Shown one piece after another: positions 49,105 to 59,246 of a stretch of 64,000 nucleotides of DNA (positions are counted from its first letter, which is position 1; the number at the start of each line of letters is the position of its first letter). The stretch is from an uncultured Candidatus Rokubacteria bacterium (lineage in GTDB: Bacteria; Methylomirabilota; Methylomirabilia; Rokubacteriales; DASRDR01), in assembly GCA_963805625.1 (NCBI GenBank), contig CAWDVE010000011.1, positions 115,481 through 179,480 on the forward strand, read 5' to 3'. Position numbers and translations under genes: made by a program. Under the pieces are notes generated by a model. The model saw nothing but the letters and a program-made list of their open reading frames with translations, was not told the DNA's origin and did not search any database.

Positions 49105-52100
49105 CGTGTTCCCGGTGCCACGCGGAGAACCGCGAAGGGCGTCGATTCTGCGCCAAGTGCGCGGCGCCCTTGGCCACCGCGTGTCCATCCTGTGGGTTTT
49201 CGAACGAGCCGGGCGAGGACTTCTGCGGTGGGTGCGCCGCACCTCTCACCCTCGCGAGCAGTCCCGACGACGCACGGTTCGCGTCCCCGCAGTCATACAC
49301 CCCCAAGCACCTCGCCGAGAAGATCCTCACCTCCAAGGCCGCCCTCGAAGGCGAGCGCAAGCAGGTCACCGTGCTGTTCGCCGATCTGAAGGGCTCGATG
49401 GAGCTCATGGCCGATCGCGACCCCGAGGAAGCGCGCAAGCTCCTCGATCCTGTCCTTGAGCGGATGATGGAGGCCGTCCACCGGTACGAGGGCACCGTCA
49501 ACCAGGTGATGGGCGACGGGATTATGGCGCTGTTTGGCGCGCCGCTCGCGCACGAAGATCACGCCGTGCGGGCGTGCTACGCCGCCTTGGACATGCAGGC
49601 GGCCATCCGGCGGTACGCCGACGAAGTGCGACGCACGCACGGCATTGGTGGGCTGGCGATTCGGGTCGGCCTCAACTCGGGGGAAGTCGTCGTCCGCGCT
49701 ATCGGTTGCAGATCTGCGCATGGACTACACCGCCGTCGGCCAGACTACCCATCTCGCTGCCCGCATGGAGCAGCTCGCCAAGCCCGATACCACGCTGCTG
49801 ACGGCTGACACACTCCGACTCTCGGAAGGGTTCATCGCGGTCACACGACTCGGCCCGGTCCCGGTGAAGGGCCTGGAAGCCCCGATCGAGGTCTACGAGC
49901 TGACGGGCGCTGGCCCGATTCGGTCCCGCCTGCACGCGGCGGCCCCTCGGGGACTGACCCGCTTCGTCGGACGCGACGGCGAACTCGAGCAGCTCCGGCA
50001 GGCGCTCGGCCGGGCCGCGGCCGGCCACGGCCAGGTTGTCGCCATCGTCGGCGAGCCCGGCGTCGGCAAGTCCCGGCTGGTCTGGGAGCTCACCCACTCC
50101 CATCGGACGCATGGCTGGCTCATCGTGCAAGCCGGCTCGCTGTCCTACGGGAAGGCCACCCCGTACCTGCCGGTCATCGACCTGCTCAAGGGCTACTTCC
50201 AGGTCGAGGACCGCGACGACCAACGCAAGGTCCGGGAGAAGGTCATCGGCAAGCTGCTGACGCTGGATCGGGCCTTGGAACCTGCGCTGCCGGCCTTCCT
50301 GGCTCTTCTGGACGTGCCGGTGGAGGACCCGCAGTGGCAGGCCCAGGACCCGCCGCAGCGTCGCCAGCGCACCCTGGACGCTCTCAAGCGCCTCCTGCTC
50401 CGCGAGAGCCAGGTGCAGCCGCTTCTGGTGGTGTTCGAGGACCTCCACTGGATCGACTCCGAGACCCAGGCCCTCCTGGACGAGCCTGGTCGAGAGCCTC
50501 CCCACCGCCCGGCTCCTGCTGCTGGTCAACTACCGGCCTGAGTACGAGCACCGCTGGAGCGGCAAGACCTACTACGTCCAGCTCCGGCTCGATCCCCTGC
50601 CGCCCGCGAGCGCCGGGGAACTCCTGAATGCGTTGCTCGGCCCTGACGCCAGCCTCCAGCCGCTCACGCCCCTCCTGATCTCGCGCACCGAGGGCAACCC
50701 GTTCTTCCTCGAAGAGAGCGTCCGGGACCTCGTCGAGACCCGAGTCCTGACAGGTGAGCGGGGCCGCTATCACCTCGCCAAACCGCTGCCCAGCGTCCAG
50801 GTGCCCGCCACGGTGCAGGCGGTTCTGGCGGCGCGGATCGACCGGCTGCCACCGGAGGACAAGCGGGTGCTCCAGGAGGCGGCGGTCATCGGGAAGGATG
50901 TGCCGATCGCCCTCCTGCAGGCCGTCACGGAGCTGCCCGAGGCGGAACTCCGGCCACGTCTCGCCCACCTCCGGGCGGCTGAGTTCCTCTACGAGACGAG
51001 CCTGTTCCCGGAACCAGAATACACGTTCAAGCACGCCCTGACGCATGAAGTGGCCTATGGAAGTCTGCTCCAGGAGCGGAGGCGCGCCCTCCATGCGCGC
51101 GTCGTCGAAGCTCTCGAGCGGCTCTATGCCGACCGGCTGGTCGAGCAGGTCGAGCCCCTGGCCCACCATGCGTTCCGCGGTGAGGCGTGGGAGAAGGCGG
51201 TGACGTACTTCCGTCAGGCCGGCGCCAAGGCCGCCATGCACTCCGCCTACCGAGAGGCCGTCATCCGCCTCGAGCAGGCGCTGGTCGCGTTGACGCACCT
51301 CCCTGAGGGTCGCGGGACGGTCGAGCAGGCGGTTGATCTCCGCCTCGATATGCGCAACGCGCTCTACCCGCTCGGAGACTTTGAGAGGATTCTCGACTAC
51401 CTCCGAGAAGCTGACGCCCTCGCCTCGGCTTTGGACGATGACCACCGTCGAGCGTGGGTCGCCACGTATCTTGGTACCCAGGTCTGGCATATGGGAGACC
51501 ACGAGCGCGCCGCCGAGTTCGGCCAGCGTGGCCTCGACCTGGCCAAAGGCCTCGATGACGTGGCCCTCAGCGTTCAGGCGAGTTCTCGCCTGGGCTGGAT
51601 CTACTACGTTCTGGGCGCCCATGGGCGCGCGATCGACCTCCTGACGCAAAGCCTCGCCCCTCTGGAAGGCGATCTGAGCGCTCAGCGGCTGGGGATGCCG
51701 ACGCTGCCCTCGGTGATGTCGCGGACATACCTGACCTGGTCGCTTGCCGAGTTGGGGAAGTTCTCGGAGGCCGCTGCCCGGGCCGAGGAAGGGCTTCAGA
51801 TCGCCGAGCGGGTCGGTGAGCCACTCAGCCGCATCGCGGCGTACACCGCTCTCGGCAGTCTACGCCGGAGCAAAGGAGACCTCGAGGAGGCGATTCCGGT
51901 ACTCGAGCGCGCCTGTGCACTGTGTCGAGAGGCAAACATCGTCGCGTGGTTGCCGATCACTGCGGCCGAGCTGGGCTATGCGTATACCCTATCCCGACGG
52001 TTCGGGGAGGGGCTTCCGTTGTTGGAGCCGAGCACCGATCGACTTACCGGGCGCCCGTTCGGCGTGCTCTGGATGGGCTGGCTCGGCGAGAGCTACCTGT

Positions 52101-52468
52101 TGGCCGGGCGGATGGATGATGCGGCACGGGTCGCTCGGCAGGCGGTTGAGCTCTCCCGCGTCCGCAAGGAGCGTGGCTATGAAGCGTGGGGCCTCCGCCT
52201 TCTCGGCGAGATCGCGTCCCATCGCGATCCCCCGGACGCGGAGACGGCCGAAGTCCACTACCGCCAGGCCCTGACGCTGGCGAAGGAACTCGGCGTGCGC
52301 CCGCTCGTCGCCCACTGCCACCTCGGCCTCGGCACGCTCTACCGACGCACGGGCGACGGAGCGAAGGCCCAGGAGCACCTGACGACCGCGGCGACGATGT
52401 ACCGCGAGATGGGCATGACCTTCTGGCTGGAGAAGGCGGAGGCGGAGCTGGGTGGAATCGAGCGATGA
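49101..52468 (+). CDS. Double-zinc-ribbon class III adenylate/guanylate cyclase-AAA ATPase-TPR protein (frameshifts near 49705 and 50480)
   Basis: [45 protein letters not shown] and TPRs across three consecutive ORFs. Confidence 0.88.
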
Positions 52469-53421
52469 TGCGAGTCTTGTCGCTGTTCACACTGATCCTG
52501 GCCCTCCTCGCCGCGCCGCTCGTCGCCGAGGGGCAGCCGGAAGGGAAGGTCTATCGGATCGGCGAGCTTCGAGAAGGCCCCTCGCTTCCTCCCAAACCGT
52601 TTGCCGACGCGATGCGGGAGCTCGGCTGGATCGAGGGCCAGCATTTCAAAGTCGAAAGGCGCAACGCGGACAGGCGAGACCGACTCCCGGCCCTCGCGGC
52701 GGAACTGGTGCGCCTCAAGGTTGACCTCATCCTGACGGGTGGAACGCCAGCGACCCGTGCGGCCAAGGAGGCGACGAACACCATCCCCATCGTCTTCAGC
52801 GTCGCAGATGATCCAGTCGCGAGCGGCCTCGTCGCCAGCCTCGCCCGGCCAGGCGGGAATCTCACGGGGTTCACCCTGGGTGTCTATGACGAGAAGCTCT
52901 TGGAGATCATCAGGGAGGCCGTGCCTGGGGCCACACGCGTGGCCTACGCAGCTCCGGCGCAGGAGAGCAGCACAAGGCCAGAGAGGTTGAACGCGGCGGC
53001 CCGGGTGCTCGGTGTGGAGATCCGGCCCATCGTCGTGCAGGGACCGAAGGACTTCGACCGCTTCTTCGCGTCCTCCAGGGACCTGGGCAGCGACGCCGTG
53101 TTAGTGCCAAACGTCGCGTGGTTTCGCCCGCATCTGGAACGTATCGGGTCCGCTGCGGCGAAGAGTCGTCTGCCGGCGATCGGCTACGATCGGGAGTTCG
53201 CTCAGGCGGGTGGGTTGCTCTCTTACGGACCGGTACCGTTACAGAACGTTCCGCGCGTAGCTGCTCGGGTCCACAAGATCCTCAAGGGTGCGAAGCCCGC
53301 TGACCTGCCGGTCGAGCAGCCGACGACCTTCGAGCTGGTGATCAACCTCAAGACTGCCAAGGCCCTCGGCCTCACGATCCCGCCCTCGCTGCTCGCGCGG
53401 GCGGATGAAGTGATCCATTAG
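52465..53421 (+). CDS. ABC_sub_bind-family substrate-binding protein
   Basis: DPVASGLVASLARPGGNLTG, GGLLSYG, PVEQPTTFELVINLKTAKALGL. Confidence 0.92.
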   Translation: MMRVLSLFTLILALLAAPLVAEGQPEGKVYRIGELREGPSLPPKPFADAMRELGWIEGQHFKVERRNADRRDRLPALAAELVRLKVDLILTGGTPATRAAKEATNTIPIVFSVADDPVASGLVASLARPGGNLTGFTLGVYDEKLLEIIREAVPGATRVAYAAPAQESSTRPERLNAAARVLGVEIRPIVVQGPKDFDRFFASSRDLGSDAVLVPNVAWFRPHLERIGSAAAKSRLPAIGYDREFAQAGGLLSYGPVPLQNVPRVAARVHKILKGAKPADLPVEQPTTFELVINLKTAKALGLTIPPSLLARADEVIH

Positions 53422-53422
53422 C

Positions 53423-53779
53423 ATGGCGACGCTCATCGTCGTCCGGCGCGACGCCAACCGGGTGTTCCAACACTTCCAGGCGACGTTGCCACAAACGCTC
53501 GGCGGCGACGTGGAACTCCTCTGGGATCGCCGGGCGGGCGATCGGCGTCGTCCCGCTGCATCGGTCCCCATGGAGCGGCGTGTCCAAGACCGCCGAGACC
53601 CTGAACCTGAGCCGGTGTTCCTGGACCAGCGACAACTGGAGCGTCGCCAACGGCCCGAGGCGCGGTTGCCTGATCGACGACGGACCGAGCGACGTCGACG
53701 CACGCCGAACGCCTGGCGGGTGTTGGGCTTTGTCGTGGTGCCGCGAGATCGCCTCGGCTCAGGTGGGGGCACCGCCTAG
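53423..53779 (+). CDS. Small protein with tandem (D/E)RR repeats
   Basis: WDRRAGDRR, ERRVQDRR, DQRQLERR, DRRRTERRR, C-terminal WRVLGFVVV. Confidence 0.75.
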   Translation: MATLIVVRRDANRVFQHFQATLPQTLGGDVELLWDRRAGDRRRPAASVPMERRVQDRRDPEPEPVFLDQRQLERRQRPEARLPDRRRTERRRRTPNAWRVLGFVVVPRDRLGSGGGTA

Positions 53780-54101
53780 CCGTGTCGACCGTCGCGGCCA
53801 AGGTCGGACGCCGGATCGCCGCGGTCCACCGGCGCCTGGAGCCCGTCTGCGTCGGCCGCCGGCAGGAGCCGCCCGCGTGAGAGCCCGACCTACCGCCGGG
53901 CCAACGATTTGGCGCCTCCCGGGGCCCGCCTCGCCGCCCGCTCCTTGACGGGGCCCCCCCCGCCGCCGCAGGATCGCAGGGGTGAGCCGGCGCTCGGGCC
54001 CCCGGGCCTGGGACCGGCCGTCGGGGAGGCAGGAGGAGGCCGGACCTCAGCTCCGCCCATGGAGGTGGCGCTAATCGTTCCTTCTATGCGCGAGCGCGAC
54101 A

Positions 54102-55127
54102 ATGGCTGACGACGGCTCCCCCAGAAGGCGTCAGCGCTCCCTCTGGCCATGCGGCTTGGCCCTGCTCGCCGTGCTGGTTGGCCTTGAACCCCACGACCGG
54201 AGCACGGAGGCGGCCGAGCGCACGGGCCCGGTCAAGATCGGGGCGCTGACGCAGTCCTGGGGGCCGACCCCCCAGATGGTCGGCCTCCGTGACGGACTGC
54301 AAGCGCTGGGCTACCGGGAGGGCGAGCAGTTCGTCATCGGGGTCCGGTTCACGCAGGGTGACCTCGCCGCGCTTCCGGCGGCCGCCCGCGACCTGGTCCG
54401 GTCCGGGGTGGACATCATTTTCGCCATCGACGTGACCGCGGCGAGGGCGGCGCAGCTGGCAACTAACCGAATTCCGATCGTCTTCGCCACCGTCGTGGGC
54501 GATCCGGTCGAACTGGGGCTCGTCCAGAGCTACGCTCGGCCCGGCGGCAATATCACCGGCGTACTCCACGAGGACATCGACCTGAGCCCGAAGCGCCTGG
54601 AGATCTTCACGGAGATGCTCCCCGGCCCCGGCCTGAAGCGGGTCCTGTTCCCCTACGATCCAAACGATACGCACGCGGCGGCAGTGGCGCGTCTGTACCG
54701 CGCCGCCGCCCGGCAGCTCGGCACCGTCCTCGTCGAGAAGCCTGTGCGGACCGAGGAGGAGGTGCGGACGGTACTCGCAAGGCTCCGGAAAGGCGAGGTG
54801 GACGGGATCGTCTCCCCGCCGGGCTTATCGCTGAACATTCCCGGCTTTGTTCTGGACGCCACGTCCCAGCGCGCCATCCCGACCATGTTCAACGGAGCGT
54901 TCTACGTCGAGCGCGGCGGGCTGGTCAGCTACGGCCCGGATTTCTACGACTCGGGCCGCCAGGCGGCCCGCCTGATGGACAAGATCGTCAAAGGCGAGAA
55001 CCCCGGGCGGATCCCGGTCGAGGCGAACGCGAAGATCGAGCTGGCGATCAACATGGCGACGGCCAGGGCGTTGAAGCTCACGATTCCGTCCAGTGTCCTG
55101 CAGCGAGCCAACCGGCTCATCGAATGA
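54102..55127 (+). CDS. ABC_sub_bind-family substrate-binding protein
   Basis: DPVELGLVQSYARPGGNITG, GGLVSYG, ELAINMATARAL. Confidence 0.92.
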   Translation: MADDGSPRRRQRSLWPCGLALLAVLVGLEPHDRSTEAAERTGPVKIGALTQSWGPTPQMVGLRDGLQALGYREGEQFVIGVRFTQGDLAALPAAARDLVRSGVDIIFAIDVTAARAAQLATNRIPIVFATVVGDPVELGLVQSYARPGGNITGVLHEDIDLSPKRLEIFTEMLPGPGLKRVLFPYDPNDTHAAAVARLYRAAARQLGTVLVEKPVRTEEEVRTVLARLRKGEVDGIVSPPGLSLNIPGFVLDATSQRAIPTMFNGAFYVERGGLVSYGPDFYDSGRQAARLMDKIVKGENPGRIPVEANAKIELAINMATARALKLTIPSSVLQRANRLIE

Positions 55128-55147
55128 CGGGGTGAAAGGAGAACGTG

Positions 55148-55708
55148 ATGAACGCCAATACGCGAGCGGGTAGAGTGGTGCTGGTCGGCATCCTCCTGGT
55201 CGCCGCCGTCGTTGCAGTGGGCGCCCACGAGGCGGCGGCGCTAGAGATCGGACAGCCGGCGCCCGACTTCACGCTCCCGAGCACGACCGGCGGGAAGATC
55301 AGCCTGAGCCAGTTCCGGGGAAAGCTGGTCCTCATCGAATTCTATGGCGGGGCCTTCGTCCCGACGTGAACAGCGAATCTCTCGGCCAGGAAGGCCGAGT
55401 ACGGCAAGTTCCAGGAACTGAACGTCCAGATCCTCGGCGTCAGCGCCGATAACCCGTTTGCCCAAAAGGCATTGGCGGACTCGCTCAAGCTACCATACCC
55501 GCTTCTCAGCGACGGCCCCGAGCTCACGACCATCCAGCGGTACGGGATCCTCTCCGCCGCGAAGACCTACGCCCAGCGCTCGTTCTTCCTCGTGGACCAG
55601 CAAGGGATCCTCCGGCATCAGTGGCTTCTGGGCGCAGCCGGCGATGACACCGTCTTCCCCAGCGAGCCGATCCTCAAGGCGGTCCAGGAGCTGACGGCGA
55701 AGCGCTAG
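55148..55708 (+). CDS. Exported AhpC/TSA (peroxiredoxin-like) selenoprotein, UGA at 55367-55369
   Basis: Two ORF-track pieces share a frame: GQPAPDFTL...FYGGAFVPT-U-TANLSAR...ILGVSADN...YPLLSD...RSFFLVDQQG. UGA occupies the peroxidatic Cys position. Confidence 0.88.
55381..55399 (+). promoter_or_regulatory. Bacterial SECIS-like hairpin
   Basis: CTCGGCC-AGGAA-GGCCGAG: perfect 7-bp stem starting 11 nt after the UGA, with a G-containing loop. Confidence 0.75.
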
Positions 55709-55746
55709 GAATCGGCCGTCATTGATCGCTCTCCACGGCCGGGCGA

Positions 55747-55770
55747 GTGTCGCTTACGTGTCGCTTACGT
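55747..55770. repeat. 11-bp tandem repeat
   Basis: gtgtcgcttac x2 + gt. Confidence 0.8.
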
Positions 55771-56159
55771 CCGTGTCAGACGGCCTCTATTCGGCCTCCT
55801 GACGGCCACCACTCGGCCGTCGCACGACGCGACAATCCGCCAACAATGGTGCGGCGGAAACGCGCACGGGACCGCGCCGCCGCCGGCGGAGCCGTCGCCC
55901 ATGGCTAACTGTCGTTGATCATCAGGAAGCGCGGGATTCTGGACAGCCGACGGGAGGGGATCAAGCCAGTTGCCTCGGCCGGCTGAGGTAGGGTAGACCG
56001 GTTTCCACCAGGGCGCCGGGAGGGTGAGGGCCCGGAGGCTTGACCCCTCCGGACCCTCGGGCCGAACCGCGGAGGACGCGATTCAGCCGGTCCCAGACTC
56101 CATAACTCGCATACCTCCGCACGCGTGTCCACATCCTTGCGGGCTGCCCGCAAGGACTC

Positions 56160-56606
56160 GTGGACTCGCTCCGTTTTGTGGTCTGCGCCCGCGGCGACTG
56201 TCGGCAGGTGTTCTTCCTGTGCCGCGTCTGCGATCGGGGCGATCGCTACTGCTCGCGCCCCTGCGCCCATCGGGCGCGGCACGAGACCCTCCACGCCGCG
56301 GGCCGGCGGTATCAACGGAGCTGGCAGGGCCGCCTCCACCACGCCGCCCGCCAGGCTCGGTATCGCGCTCGGCGCGAGAACGTGACGCATCAGACTTCCC
56401 CGACCTCGGGCAACTCGGGCATCGTCGCGCTGCCTCCCGTCACGTCCGTCACGCCGGCGAGGGGCCAGGAGGAGGCCGTCGATGCCGAGACTCGATGTGG
56501 GACGCGTCGAACACGACCACGCTGTGCCCGCTGTGGCCGATCGGGCCGGTGGGTTCGCCACGTCACCCTCGCCCAGTGCCGCCCCCGGCCGGTGCCGCGG
56601 CGCTGA
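56160..56606 (+). CDS. Cys-rich accessory ORF inside IS21
   Basis: CARGDC...CRVCDRGDRYCSRPC...RYQRS...HAARQARYR. Lies between IRL and istA. Confidence 0.7.
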   Translation: MDSLRFVVCARGDCRQVFFLCRVCDRGDRYCSRPCAHRARHETLHAAGRRYQRSWQGRLHHAARQARYRARRENVTHQTSPTSGNSGIVALPPVTSVTPARGQEEAVDAETRCGTRRTRPRCARCGRSGRWVRHVTLAQCRPRPVPRR

Positions 56607-56615
56607 GGGCCGCCC

Positions 56616-58136
56616 ATGATCGCCCTGCTCCAGCGCGCCGAGATCCGCCGCCTCTTCTACGCCGAGCACTGGCCGATCGGCACCATCGCCGACGCCCTCG
56701 GGGTCCACCACGAGACCGTCCGCCGGGCGATCAACCGCGATCGCGGCATCCACCCCGGGCCGCAGATTCGCCCGAGCGCCTTGGATCCCTACAAGGCGTT
56801 CATCGCCACGACGCTCGAACAGTACCCGCGCCTGCGGGCGACCCGGCTCTTCGCGATGCTCCGGGATCGGGGCTACGCCCACTCCGTCGTCCAACTCCGT
56901 CGCTACGTGCGGACCGTCCGCCCCGCCGCGCGGGCCGAGGCCTACTTCCGGCTCGACACCCTGGCTGGGGAGCAAGGTCAGGTCGACTGGGGCAACTTCG
57001 GCGCCCTCCAGATCGGCCGCGTCCGCCGCGTGCTGTCGTGCTTCGTGCTCGTCCTCTCGTGGTCCCGGGCCGTGTACGCCCGCTTCGCCCTCGACCAGAC
57101 GCTCGAGAGCTTTCTCCGCGGCCACGTCGAGGCCTTCACCGCCCTCGGCGGGGTCCCGAGGATCTTGCTCTATGACAACTTGAAAAGCGTCGTCCTCGAA
57201 CGCTACGGCGAGCACATCCGCTTCCACCCGCGGCTGCTCGAGCTCGCCGGCCACTACCACTTCGCGCCCCAGCCCTGCGCCGTGGCCCGGGGCAATGAGA
57301 AAGGCCGCGTGGAGCGCATGATCCAGTACCTCCGCCACGCGTTCTTCGCGGCCCGGCCCTTCACGTCGATCAACGACCTCAACACCCAGCTCGCCCAGTG
57401 GATCACGGAGACCGCGCACCAGCGGCCCGTGCCCGGCGATCCCACCGGCCGCCGCGTCGCCGACGCCTTGGACGAGGAACGCCCGCGCTTGCTGCCCGTG
57501 CCAGAACACCCCTTCGCCTGCGACCTCGTGCGCGCCGTGGTCTCGGGGAAGACGCCCTACCTGCGCTTCGACAGCAACGATTACTCCATCCCGCCGGCCC
57601 TGATCCGGCGGCCGCTGACGCTCGTGGCGTCCGAACATGAGGTCCGGGCCCTCGATGGGCCCACCGAAGTCGCGCGCCATCCCCGGAGCTACGACCGCGG
57701 GCAGCGGATCGAGACCGAGGCCCATTTGGCCGCGCTCACCGCGGCCAAGCGCCGCGCCCACGACCTGCGCGGTCGCGATCGCCTTCGGCAGGCCTGCCCG
57801 CATGCCGACGCCTTCCTGGATGCCCTCGCTCGCCGCGGCGAACGCTTGGCCCCTCACACCATGGCCTTGCTCCGCCTCCTCGATCAGTACGATCCCGGGG
57901 AACTCGACACGGCCCTCGCCGACGCCGTGACCCGCGACGCCCTCAGCGCCTGGGCCATCGCGCATCGCCTCGACCAACGGGCCCGCGCCCGGCGGACGCC
58001 GCCGCCGGTCCCCGTGCTCCTCCCCGCCGACCCCCGCGTGCGCGACCTCCGCGTCGCGCCGCATCGCCTGACCGACTACGACGGCCTCCTCACCGCCCCG
58101 TCCCCACCGGAGGATCTCCATGGCCCCGCTTACTGA
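56616..58136 (+). CDS. istA: IS21 transposase
   Basis: N-terminal [26 protein letters not shown]. Confidence 0.95.
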   Translation: MIALLQRAEIRRLFYAEHWPIGTIADALGVHHETVRRAINRDRGIHPGPQIRPSALDPYKAFIATTLEQYPRLRATRLFAMLRDRGYAHSVVQLRRYVRTVRPAARAEAYFRLDTLAGEQGQVDWGNFGALQIGRVRRVLSCFVLVLSWSRAVYARFALDQTLESFLRGHVEAFTALGGVPRILLYDNLKSVVLERYGEHIRFHPRLLELAGHYHFAPQPCAVARGNEKGRVERMIQYLRHAFFAARPFTSINDLNTQLAQWITETAHQRPVPGDPTGRRVADALDEERPRLLPVPEHPFACDLVRAVVSGKTPYLRFDSNDYSIPPALIRRPLTLVASEHEVRALDGPTEVARHPRSYDRGQRIETEAHLAALTAAKRRAHDLRGRDRLRQACPHADAFLDALARRGERLAPHTMALLRLLDQYDPGELDTALADAVTRDALSAWAIAHRLDQRARARRTPPPVPVLLPADPRVRDLRVAPHRLTDYDGLLTAPSPPEDLHGPAY

Positions 58137-58881
58137 CGCGCTCACACTCCTCGGGCTGCACCATACCGCCGCCCACCTGGACGATTTGGTCGCGCTCGCG
58201 ACCAAGCGCCGCTGGAGCCCCACTCAACTGCTCGAGCACCTCGTCACCGAGGAGCAGCAGGAACGGGCCCGGCGCAGTCTCGAACGGCGCCTCCTCCGCA
58301 GTCGCCTCGGCCGCTTCACCCCGATGGACGCCTTTGACTGGGCGTGGCCGAAACGCATCGACCGGGCCGCCATCGAAGCCGCGCTCCGCCTGGACTTCCT
58401 GGCCGAGGCCCACAATCTGGTCCTCGTCGCCCCGCAGGGCCTCGGCAAGACGATGATCGCCCAGAACATCGCCCACCAGGCCGTGCTCGCCGGGCATCAC
58501 GTCCTCTTCACGACCGCCGCCCAACTGCTCCTCGATCTCGGCAGCCAGGAGTCCACGCGCGGCCTCGCGCGCCGCCTCAACTACTACGGCCACCGCGGCC
58601 TCCTGGTCCTCGACGAGCTCGGCTACCTGTCCTACGACGCCCGCGCCGCTGACCTGCTCTTCCAGGTCGTCAGCCGCCGATACGAACGAAAAAGTCTCGT
58701 CTTGACCACCAATCTGGCCTTCTCCGACTGGCCGACCATCTTCCCCAACGCCGGCAGCGCCATCGCCCTCATCGACCGCCTCATCCACCACGCCGAGATC
58801 ATCACGATCGAAGGGGAGAGCTACCGCCGCCGCACCGCCGAGCTCACCCGGAAGCCAGCCCGCCCCCGGCCCACTTCGTGA
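58120..58881 (+). CDS. istB: IS21 helper ATPase
   Basis: [33 protein letters not shown]. Confidence 0.95.
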   Translation: MAPLTDALTLLGLHHTAAHLDDLVALATKRRWSPTQLLEHLVTEEQQERARRSLERRLLRSRLGRFTPMDAFDWAWPKRIDRAAIEAALRLDFLAEAHNLVLVAPQGLGKTMIAQNIAHQAVLAGHHVLFTTAAQLLLDLGSQESTRGLARRLNYYGHRGLLVLDELGYLSYDARAADLLFQVVSRRYERKSLVLTTNLAFSDWPTIFPNAGSAIALIDRLIHHAEIITIEGESYRRRTAELTRKPARPRPTS

Positions 58882-58985
58882 TCGACCGTCCCCTGTCCAG
58901 AATTGCGCACTTCCTCATGTCCGGCGACAGTGTCCGAGGCCGAGGCCGACGCGGGGGCCCGACGCCGCCCCGGGCTCAGACGGAG

Positions 58986-59016
58986 GGGGCGCCGCCATTT
59001 TGCCCGCGGGCAAAAT
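58986..59016. repeat. 31-bp repeat copy 2 with perfect 20-bp palindrome
   Basis: ggggcgccgcc-ATTTTGCCCGCGGGCAAAAT. Confidence 0.9.
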
Positions 59017-59246
59017 CCCGCTGCGCCGCGTCGACGGGCCCGGGCGTTGCGGTTGGACTCTGCAACCGGACATTCTCCGCGGTCGCATCTTCCCGGACAT
59101 ACCGGAGTTGTGCGACCGGCTCGCGTGACCGTCTGGGCGCGTCCTGGGATCTCCGCTGGCGTACCCACGGCCGCCAGAAGCCACCCGAGCGCGCCTCCGA
59201 TCCATGACCAGATAGCTCGAAGTCTGGCGGCGGGGTAGAGGACCGA

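Larger units (their letters stand above)
55910..58929 (+). mobile_element. IS21-family insertion sequence
   Basis: TG...CA ends, 37-bp terminal IRs (55910-55946 / 58893-58929, 29/37 match), istA + istB. No target duplication visible. Confidence 0.92.

Noticed and set aside
55846-55875. tggtgcggcgg as the reverse complement of a tRNA 3' end (att site)
   Set aside because: No T-loop (TTCGA) or cloverleaf can be formed.
59091-59118. dif-like site (minus strand cggtcgcacaa-ctccgg-tatgtccggga)
   Set aside because: The XerC-like half resembles dif, but the XerD arm is out of register and lacks the TTATGTTAAAT tail.
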